Source: a virus (Duplodnaviria; Caudoviricetes). From it: a stretch of DNA of 35,982 bases. Both the position numbers and the translations under genes were made by a program. The notes under the pieces were generated by a model, which searched no databases, was not told where the DNA came from, and was given only the letters and a program-made list of their open reading frames with translations. Location of the stretch: IMG/VR virus record IMGVR_UViG_3300032253_000246, positions 1-35,982 of that record; one strand, 5' to 3'. This document shows positions 17,489-24,616 of the stretch, one piece after another (the stretch's first letter is position 1; every line of letters begins with the position of its first letter).

Positions 17489-18865
17489 ATGACAGACAAT
17501 CCTCAATTCCGCCTGACCATGCGGGGGCGGAACGGCTACTTGCGCCATTTGCTCTACCGACCCCACGAGTCCCAGTTGGTCTGGGAGGATGACGGCGAGC
17601 GTGTTCCCTTGGCTGCGATTGGTATGGGATATGAGGACCAGGACCGCGCCTGGAAATCAGCTTTCCCGATGAGCCCGGATAATCCAGCCCGCAAGTCGAG
17701 AGCCGTGCGCACGCTCAAAATTCAGATGGGTCTCAATTGCAACTTCTCCTGCGCTTATTGCAACCAGGCAAGCCAAGTGGGGCAAGCCAACGGTAACGTC
17801 GCCGATGCTCGGGCATTTCTGGAAAATCTTCCCAATTGGCTTCAGGCTGATCCGGATAATCTCAGGATTGAGTTTTGGGGCGGTGAGCCGTTTGTTTATT
17901 GGAAAGCACTCAAGGTTCTGGGTGAGGAATTACGCAAAAAATTCCCCAAGGCTCATTTTAACATCATTACCAATGGCTCGCTTCTTGATGATGACAAAAT
18001 CAACTGGCTGGATGAGCTGAATTTTGGTGTCAGCATCAGTCATGATGGACCAGCCCACAAAGCGACGCGTGGTCCCGATCCGCTGGAAACACCGAAAACA
18101 CGCCAAGCTATCCGCTCTCTTTATGACCGGCTGTTTCCGAAGGGCAAGATCGGTTTTGGCTGTGTGCTGACCAAGGATAACCGGTCCCTGGTTGCTGTGC
18201 GAAAATACATTGGTGAAAGGCTCGATATTCCGGCCCGTAATATTCCGCTATCGACCGAAGAAATTTTGCTCCCCTACGATCAGGGTGGAATGGCGTTATC
18301 GCCGGTTTCGGTTGAGGAACAGGAACAGTTCTTGGCGGATGTATTCTGGGAGGCCGTTCGCGGTGGTTCCATGCCGGTGGGTGCTGTCCATCGCAAGTGC
18401 GAGGATTTTTACCGTTCCCTCGCTCAAGGTCGACCGGTCCGAACACTGGGCCAGAAGTGCGGCATGGACAAACCTGAGCATCTTGCCGTCGATTTGAAGG
18501 GCAACGCTCTGACTTGCCAGAACACCAGTGCTTCAAAGGGCCATGGTATTGGCAATGTTGGTGCCTTCGATGATATTCGCCTGACCACGTCCCGGCATTG
18601 GTCAACAAGGCTCGAGTGCAACCGCTGCCCCGTTGTCCAGCTTTGCAAAGGGTCCTGCATGTTTTTGGAGGGCGATCTGTGGGATCAGGCTTGTGACAAT
18701 AGCTACACCTGGAATCTCTCCATGCTGGCGGCCGCGCTCTATTGGCTGACCCGGCTGGTTCTAGTTGAGATCGAGGGACCGACACGGCGATCAGGTATGC
18801 CGAACACTGTGCCGGTCATCCGTTTAACGGATTTGGAGTTCGCCGACGGAGGGCCTGATGCCTGA
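17489..18865 (+). CDS. Radical SAM/SPASM protein with N-terminal extension (rSAM-2)
   Basis: CNFSCAYC, WGGEPF, TNGSLL and SISHDG motifs; C-terminal KCG...VDLKGNALTC...CNRCPVVQLCKGSC...C. Confidence 0.93.
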   Translation: MTDNPQFRLTMRGRNGYLRHLLYRPHESQLVWEDDGERVPLAAIGMGYEDQDRAWKSAFPMSPDNPARKSRAVRTLKIQMGLNCNFSCAYCNQASQVGQANGNVADARAFLENLPNWLQADPDNLRIEFWGGEPFVYWKALKVLGEELRKKFPKAHFNIITNGSLLDDDKINWLDELNFGVSISHDGPAHKATRGPDPLETPKTRQAIRSLYDRLFPKGKIGFGCVLTKDNRSLVAVRKYIGERLDIPARNIPLSTEEILLPYDQGGMALSPVSVEEQEQFLADVFWEAVRGGSMPVGAVHRKCEDFYRSLAQGRPVRTLGQKCGMDKPEHLAVDLKGNALTCQNTSASKGHGIGNVGAFDDIRLTTSRHWSTRLECNRCPVVQLCKGSCMFLEGDLWDQACDNSYTWNLSMLAAALYWLTRLVLVEIEGPTRRSGMPNTVPVIRLTDLEFADGGPDA

Positions 18866-19400
18866 TCCTTCTCTTTCTCAAGCGATAAAAGAAGCTTATG
18901 CGGTAGCACCGTCTGACGTGGTGATCTTGCATACTTTGGAACTGCGGCATCCCGCATTTAAAGATGATGAAGGTCTGCCAACAGCCATTCGCGTCGTTCG
19001 TGACCATGTGGATTTGACGGCGCGGCTTGAATCTGAAGCGCCATTAGATGGCGGGATCATGGTGACGTTCGTGGCGTTGGCGTTTGATTTGTCATTGCCA
19101 CCCATCGATACCGCGCCTGTGCCGGAAATTACGGTCACACTGGATAACGTATCTCGTGAGATTGTCCGGCATCTGGATGCGGCGGTGGCGACGCAAGATC
19201 GAATTGAGGTGACGTACCGACCTTACCTTTCAACAGATAAGGAGGGGCCACAAATGGATCCTCCGATTACCTTGGTGTTGACCGAGGTGGAGGCAAACGC
19301 CCTTCAGGTCGTCGGGCGAGCGCGAATGCTTGATGTCGGCAATAAAGCATTCCCGTCTGAGACCTATACGGCGTCACGGTTTCCAGGACTGGCGAGATAA
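18858..19400 (+). CDS. Tail tip protein, DUF1833-like (gpL position)
   Basis: AIKEAYA, LHTLELRHP, LDNVSREI, VTYRPYLS and FPGL motifs; upstream of NlpC/P60 and J. Confidence 0.8.
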   Translation: MPDPSLSQAIKEAYAVAPSDVVILHTLELRHPAFKDDEGLPTAIRVVRDHVDLTARLESEAPLDGGIMVTFVALAFDLSLPPIDTAPVPEITVTLDNVSREIVRHLDAAVATQDRIEVTYRPYLSTDKEGPQMDPPITLVLTEVEANALQVVGRARMLDVGNKAFPSETYTASRFPGLAR

Positions 19401-19401
19401 C

Positions 19402-19836
19402 ATGCATTGGGCTGAAACATATATTGGCATTCCCTGGTCGGCGACGGGGGAAGGGCCTGCAAGAGGCGAGGACGGCGGCACGCCGGACAGGGAAACATGG
19501 AGTTATCATTGTTGGGCTTTTGTGCGCTATATCCAGAAGCAGCATTTTGGCCGGATGTTGCCGGGCATCCCTAATCCCGAGGATGTTCTCGCCATTGCGC
19601 GGGGCTTTCGTGACCATCCAGAAAGGCAGCGTTGGAAACTGGAAACGGATCCTGCTGAGAGTGACTGCGTCCTTATGCGACAGGCGCGTTATCCCATCCA
19701 TGTGGGCGTTTGGCTTGATGTTGATAATGGCGGTGTTTTGCACTGTTCTCAGGAAGCCGGTGTCGCTTTTCAAACCCTGACTTCTCTGGCCTTGAATGGC
19801 TGGAGTGTCGAAGGATTTTATAGGTTTACCGGATAA
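19402..19836 (+). CDS. NlpC/P60 family tail tip protein (gpK-like)
   Basis: WAETYIGIPW; catalytic Cys in HCWAF; HVGVW and VLHC histidines. Start reassigned to the ATG at 19402. Confidence 0.85.
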   Translation: MHWAETYIGIPWSATGEGPARGEDGGTPDRETWSYHCWAFVRYIQKQHFGRMLPGIPNPEDVLAIARGFRDHPERQRWKLETDPAESDCVLMRQARYPIHVGVWLDVDNGGVLHCSQEAGVAFQTLTSLALNGWSVEGFYRFTG

Positions 19837-22157
19837 TGCTCGCTTGTGTCGTCATGATGAATAACCCGTTTCAACCGGAGCGGGGGCGAGAAGTTATGCC
19901 GGTGGATAAGGCGCTTTCTGTGCGGAACTGGCTGGAAGGCCAGGGTATTGCAGAGTTTGAGAAGCCGACTATCTGCTTGCACAACGGCCAAGCTCTCCTT
20001 CGTGCTGACTGGTCAACGATGATCATAGGCAACGGCGATGTTGTCACTTTTGTTGCTTTGCCCCATGGCGGTGGTGGCGGGGGCGGAGGTAAAAATCCTC
20101 TCAAAACGGTTCTTTCTATTGCTTTGATGGTGGCCGCGCCTGCCCTGGGTGGGGCACTTGCAGGTTCCATGGGGCTGACAGGCAGCTTGTTTGCCGGAAC
20201 GGCCTTTGAGATCGGTTGGGGCACGATCATGGGCGGCGTTGTGTCTCTGGCCGGAGCAGCCCTGATTAGTGCTGTCATTCCTTCACCGAGGCCCTCCGTT
20301 CCGAGTATGAGCTTCAGTGCCGTTGGGTCGCCGCCTGCGCCAAGCCCGACCTATTCACTATCGGCACAGGGTAATGAGGCCAGGTTGGGTCAGCCCATCC
20401 CCGTCCTCTACGGGCGGCATTTGATTTATCCAGATCTGGCAACCCAGCCATATCAGGAATTTGTGAACAATGAACAATACCTGTTTCAGCTCCATGTGAT
20501 CGGCCAAGGAAAATACGATCTGGAGCAGGTCCGCATTGAGGACACGCCGTTGTCTTCGTTTGAAGAGGTGGAAACTGAGCTCGTTGGTCCTGGTGGCAGT
20601 GTCACCTTGTTTGAAACCGACGTCATAACGGCCCCTGAAGTGGCAGGGCAGGAATTGCTAAGCGCTGCAGATAGCGGCTCATGGATTGGCCCCTTTACGG
20701 CAAACCCAGCAGAAACACTGGTGAGCCATCTCGGCATTGATGTGATTTTCTCCCGTGGTCTTTATTACGCCAATGACGCTGGTGGCTTAGAAAGCCGCAC
20801 CATACAATGGGAGGTGCAAGCGCGATCTATTGATGATCAAGGCGTTGCCATTGGAACTTGGGTTACTCTGGGCTCTGAAACCTATTCTGATGCGACCAAT
20901 ACAGCCCAAAGACAGAGTTATAAATACGCCGCTACACCCGGGCGTTATGAAGTTCAGTTACAACGGCTTGATACCAAGGATGCTTCGTCGCGGGCCGGTC
21001 ATGAAATTCGCTGGGGCGGCCTTCGCTCTTATCTAGACGGCACCCCTGACTTTGGTGATTTGACCATTTTGGCCGTGAAAATGCGGGCCACCGATAACTT
21101 ATCACAACGATCAGCGCGCATGATCAACTGCATCGTGACACGCAGGTTGCCAGTTTGGGAGCCGTCAACTGGCTGGAGTGCAGCGGTGCCAACCCGGTCA
21201 ATCGCCTGGGCTTTTGCCGATGCGTGTCGTGCCCAATATGGAGCAAAACTGACCGACGCCCGCATTGACCTGAACGCACTTCGTGTACTGGATCAAACGT
21301 GGGCTGATCGTGGAGATGAGTTTAACGGCATCTTCGATAGTTCCATGACGGTGTGGGAGGCGCTGAACCGCATCGCTCGCTGTGGTCGGGCCGTGCCCGT
21401 TTTGCAAGGCGGCGTGGTGCGGTTGTTTCGTGATGCGCCTCAGACCTTGCCTATTGCCATGTTTGGTCCGCGCAATATCGTCAAAGGGTCGTTCAAAATC
21501 CAATACATTATGCCAGGGGAGGAGACGGCAGATGCGGTGACCGTTACCTTCTTTAATTCTCGCACATGGAAGCCAGATGAGGTGACCAGTAGTCTGCCCG
21601 GAAGTGCGGCAGAGCAACCTGCAAAGGTCGCATTGTTCGGTTGCACCGATGCGCTGCAGGCCAAGCGCGAAGGCCTCTACATGGCTGCCGACAACCGCTA
21701 TCGGCGGAAGTTGGTGTCTTGGTCAACGGAACTCGAAGGCATGATCCCGACCTATGGCGATCTGGTTGCCGTCACCCATGACATGCCCCATTGGGGGCAA
21801 GGCGGGGAAGTGGTTGCCTGGGATGATCAGGAACAGGTTCTGACTGTTTCTGAGCCGCTGATGTGGGAGACGGGCGTTGGGCACTATATTGCGCTTCGCC
21901 GTCGCGATGGCTCTCTGGCAGGGCCATTTGTGGCCGAAGCCGTCGGGGGCAACGACCGCCTCGTTCATGTATTGGAGCCCTTGGATTTTACGCCATACAC
22001 CGACACGTCTGAGGAACGGACTCACTTTGCCTTTGGCGCGGGTGACACCTGGGGTGCCAAAGCCCGTGTCATTGCCGTAAAGCCCCGTGGCGAAAACGTC
22101 GAAATCACCGCTGTCGCAGAAGACGCCCGTGTCCATCAGGCGGATCTCGCTGCCTAA
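19836..22157 (+). CDS. Tail tip/host specificity protein J family with fused gpI-like N-terminus
   Basis: Ubiquitin-like N-terminus followed by a poly-Gly linker; NEARLGQPIPVLYG, TRSIAWA and FGPRNIVKGSF motifs. Confidence 0.88.
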   Translation: MLACVVMMNNPFQPERGREVMPVDKALSVRNWLEGQGIAEFEKPTICLHNGQALLRADWSTMIIGNGDVVTFVALPHGGGGGGGGKNPLKTVLSIALMVAAPALGGALAGSMGLTGSLFAGTAFEIGWGTIMGGVVSLAGAALISAVIPSPRPSVPSMSFSAVGSPPAPSPTYSLSAQGNEARLGQPIPVLYGRHLIYPDLATQPYQEFVNNEQYLFQLHVIGQGKYDLEQVRIEDTPLSSFEEVETELVGPGGSVTLFETDVITAPEVAGQELLSAADSGSWIGPFTANPAETLVSHLGIDVIFSRGLYYANDAGGLESRTIQWEVQARSIDDQGVAIGTWVTLGSETYSDATNTAQRQSYKYAATPGRYEVQLQRLDTKDASSRAGHEIRWGGLRSYLDGTPDFGDLTILAVKMRATDNLSQRSARMINCIVTRRLPVWEPSTGWSAAVPTRSIAWAFADACRAQYGAKLTDARIDLNALRVLDQTWADRGDEFNGIFDSSMTVWEALNRIARCGRAVPVLQGGVVRLFRDAPQTLPIAMFGPRNIVKGSFKIQYIMPGEETADAVTVTFFNSRTWKPDEVTSSLPGSAAEQPAKVALFGCTDALQAKREGLYMAADNRYRRKLVSWSTELEGMIPTYGDLVAVTHDMPHWGQGGEVVAWDDQEQVLTVSEPLMWETGVGHYIALRRRDGSLAGPFVAEAVGGNDRLVHVLEPLDFTPYTDTSEERTHFAFGAGDTWGAKARVIAVKPRGENVEITAVAEDARVHQADLAA

Positions 22158-22187
22158 GCCAACTTCTAAAATCAAGGAACCAAAAAA

Positions 22188-22478
22188 ATGAACCGACCGT
22201 CCATGGAGGATGGGCATGTCCGCATGCCCGAAGATGAGTTTGAAGAACTTCTGGAACTGGCTGCCGAGCGTGGGGCAAAACGCGCCCTAGCCAATGTTGG
22301 CCTGGTCGATGAACACGCCGCCAATGACATCCGGGATTTGCGCTCCCTGTTGGGGGCGCTGCGTGTTGCCAAGCACACCGCTTGGTCGACCGTTATTCGA
22401 CTGATCACCACCGGGTTAATCCTCGCCCTCATGGCTGGCGTTGCCATCAAGCTCAAACTGTTCGGAGGGATACAGTGA
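22188..22478 (+). CDS. DUF6127-like membrane protein (putative holin or lysis accessory)
   Basis: AAERGAKRAL, DIRDLRSLL and one C-terminal hydrophobic helix; upstream of the endolysin. Confidence 0.7.
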   Translation: MNRPSMEDGHVRMPEDEFEELLELAAERGAKRALANVGLVDEHAANDIRDLRSLLGALRVAKHTAWSTVIRLITTGLILALMAGVAIKLKLFGGIQ

Positions 22479-22873
22479 TGCCGAGTTTTTCTGAGAAATC
22501 ATTGGCCCGGCTCACCACCTGTGATTCCCGTTTACAGCGGTTGTTCCAGCAGGTCGTTGGTGAGTTTGACTGCAGCATCATTGAGGGGCACAGGGATGAG
22601 GGCCGTCAAAATCGGATGGTAGATGAAGGGAAAAGTCAGGTGCGGTGGCCGGATGGCAAGCACAATACTGTGCCGTCCTGTGCGGTTGATGTGACGCCAT
22701 ACCCTATCGTCTGGGATGATCGGGAGCGCCAGACTTTGTTTGCTGGTTATGTGCTGGCAACCGCTAAAGCCATGGGCGTTGAACTCCGCTGGGGAGGTGA
22801 TTGGGACCGTGACACCGAGGTTCGCGATAACACCTTCGATGATCTTGTTCATTTTGAACTGACGGGGGATTGA
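22478..22873 (+). CDS. Endolysin, M15 family peptidase
   Basis: SIIEGHR...RQ, KH...AVD, RWGGDW and DLVHFEL motifs. Start reassigned to the ATG at 22478. Confidence 0.88.
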   Translation: MPSFSEKSLARLTTCDSRLQRLFQQVVGEFDCSIIEGHRDEGRQNRMVDEGKSQVRWPDGKHNTVPSCAVDVTPYPIVWDDRERQTLFAGYVLATAKAMGVELRWGGDWDRDTEVRDNTFDDLVHFELTGD

Positions 22874-22875
22874 AC

Positions 22876-23286
22876 ATGTTGGAGAAACTGATCGGTGGCG
22901 GCATCGTTTCAGCCGCTGAGGGCGTTGCCAATATCATTGACCAGTTTGTTGAAACCGATGATGAAAAACGCGCCGCCGAGGTTATTAAGGCCAAGATGAT
23001 GATGAAGCCGAGTTTGGCTCAGATCGAGCTCAACAAGATTGAGGCCGGGCATCGCTCAATATTTGTTGCTGGCTGGCGACCATTTATTGGCTGGGTCTGT
23101 GGGTTTGCACTCGTCTGGCACTTCATCCTGTTTGACTTGCTGAATTGGGTGACGGTGAATTTTTTCCCGCATGTGACGGAATTGCCCGAGTTGTCGGGGA
23201 CAGAGACGCTGGTCACCGTACTCCTGTCACTTCTTGGTCTTGGGGCTATGCGGACGGCGGAGAAATTCGTTGGGAAGACGAAGTAG
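22876..23286 (+). CDS. Holin, 3TM/GTA-holin type
   Basis: AQIELNKIEA, FVAGWRPFIGWVCG and LLGLGAMRTAEK motifs. Confidence 0.85.
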   Translation: MLEKLIGGGIVSAAEGVANIIDQFVETDDEKRAAEVIKAKMMMKPSLAQIELNKIEAGHRSIFVAGWRPFIGWVCGFALVWHFILFDLLNWVTVNFFPHVTELPELSGTETLVTVLLSLLGLGAMRTAEKFVGKTK

Positions 23287-23304
23287 GGAAACACCCTTTA
23301 ACAG

Positions 23305-23330
23305 CTTGATAATTAATCAAAAAAGAGCGT
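23305..23330 (+). promoter_or_regulatory. Conserved promoter-like motif CTTGATAA-N10-AAGAGCGT, copy 2
   Basis: Matches 200-225 on the minus strand; 35 nt upstream of the ATG at 23366. Confidence 0.5.
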
Positions 23331-23365
23331 GTATCAAAACCCATATTCTACATTAGGGGAAATAT

Positions 23366-23665
23366 ATGACGAAATGATTCACAACAAAAATTGTCGAAGA
23401 TATTGTCTCCGAAGGAGTCAGTGATCGCGAGATATCCCAACTATTGGATATAGCGGCTTACGCAGTGGAATCCATTGCGCCTACGCTTGCGAAGATGGCC
23501 GGTTTCGACATGTCTGATTTTTCATTGGCAAAACAGCGCGGTGTCTCGGGCTATGAGCTGCTCTTAACTCGAGAAAAAACAAAGGGGCACGAAAGTTGGA
23601 TTGCGGAGTTTAAACACGGAGACAAAAGTGTAAGGGTTTTACTGGTTGTGTCAGAGCAAGGTTAA
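23366..23665 (+). pseudogene. Hypothetical gene with an in-frame TGA at codon 4
   Basis: AGGGGA RBS, then ATG ACG AAA TGA TTC ACA. The same frame stays open into the ORF-track protein 23444-23665. Confidence 0.6.
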
Positions 23666-24600
23666 AGATTTGCCGGTAAATCCCAATCCTTAGGACGAGG
23701 GTCTTCTGTTTGATGAAATTGCCGAACCAGTTTTAGGAACTGAAGGAAATCCTTGTTCTCCTCCGTGAGGCGATTACAGGTCGCCCAATCCACTTCAAGC
23801 CTCTCTCGTGCGGGGATCAATATTTGGCTTTCCGTCGGGTTTTCCGGGTCGATTTGGATCAATCCGATACCATGTAACGAAAAGAGCATTCGTAGCTCCT
23901 TCATCGTGTCCGTACCTTCAATCTCTGCGGCTGCGAGATATCCAAAATTTGCCCATGACGAGTTTGAGACTGCCTGGAAAAAAGACTCCCGGACGTTAGA
24001 ACGATTTAGAAGGATTTTTACTTCAAATGACCAGAGCTTGGTTTTCTTATCGGCGTACTCTTTGACCAGATCCTTTACTTCTTGATGCCAATCGGCTGTC
24101 AGGTTCTCCATTCCGACGATATCGGGGTAGAGCCATTTATTGCCTTTTGGCCCCTGCCTGTTCGATGATTTCTTTTCATCGATGCGCTTAGAATAAACAC
24201 TAAACTCAGACCACAGGTATTCAGAAAGCAAGGGGTATAGATCGGCTTCTTTTAAAGTTCCGCTTCCGGCTATCAGGGGGTGGGTCGCACTTGTTTCTTC
24301 CGCCTCAGCAACTTCAGCCTGGTCGGTTTTCTCTGTCCAGTAGTACTGGCGCGGTCGTCCTTCCGTAGTTTTGACTTGAGGGCTTCGTCTCTGAAGTGCT
24401 GGGCGCTGAGACGCAATCTCACGAATAATTTGCTGCACGAGGTCGTCATCTGTTTGGATAGATGCGCTATTTTCTTTCTTTTCCTGACACTCGGCGGGAA
24501 AGCTCTCGAATATCCACTGAGCTATTTGGCGAGCCGTAAATTTTTGTTCTGTGCGCTCAGATAAAAATCCGACAACCGTCTTAGCAAGATTTAGTCCCAT
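23662..24600 (-). CDS. HrgA/COG2958-like protein (N-terminal HTH plus restriction-endonuclease-like fold)
   Basis: YPDIVG...WSFEVK...FFQAVSNSSWANFGYL, a PD-(D/E)xK-like motif. Likely start is the ATG at 24600 (MGLNLAK) after GAGGGG. Confidence 0.8.
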   Translation of the reverse strand: MGLNLAKTVVGFLSERTEQKFTARQIAQWIFESFPAECQEKKENSASIQTDDDLVQQIIREIASQRPALQRRSPQVKTTEGRPRQYYWTEKTDQAEVAEAEETSATHPLIAGSGTLKEADLYPLLSEYLWSEFSVYSKRIDEKKSSNRQGPKGNKWLYPDIVGMENLTADWHQEVKDLVKEYADKKTKLWSFEVKILLNRSNVRESFFQAVSNSSWANFGYLAAAEIEGTDTMKELRMLFSLHGIGLIQIDPENPTESQILIPARERLEVDWATCNRLTEENKDFLQFLKLVRQFHQTEDPRPKDWDLPANL

Positions 24601-24616
24601 AGTATTTCCAATCCCC

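Noticed and set aside
18108-18785. 225-aa minus-strand ORF
   Set aside because: Antisense to a well-supported rSAM gene; Arg/Pro-rich with no motif; shadow ORF.
16463-18865. rSAMs as DNA-modification or cofactor genes (QueE, MoaA, NrdG, anSME)
   Set aside because: No partner genes (queC/D, folE, dpdA, nrdD, sulfatase) nearby. The SPASM-type C-termini and tail-operon coupling fit protein modification better. Not formally excluded.
20067-20090. Gly8 tract in the J protein
   Set aside because: Mixed Gly codons, and a Gly-rich linker after the gpI-like domain is usual. Not a phase-variable repeat.
264-23286. Gene transfer agent rather than prophage
   Set aside because: The head module is lambda-type (Nu1/GpA, gpW, gpD, gpE) with a long tape measure, unlike the HK97-type RcGTA cluster, despite the GTA-type holin.
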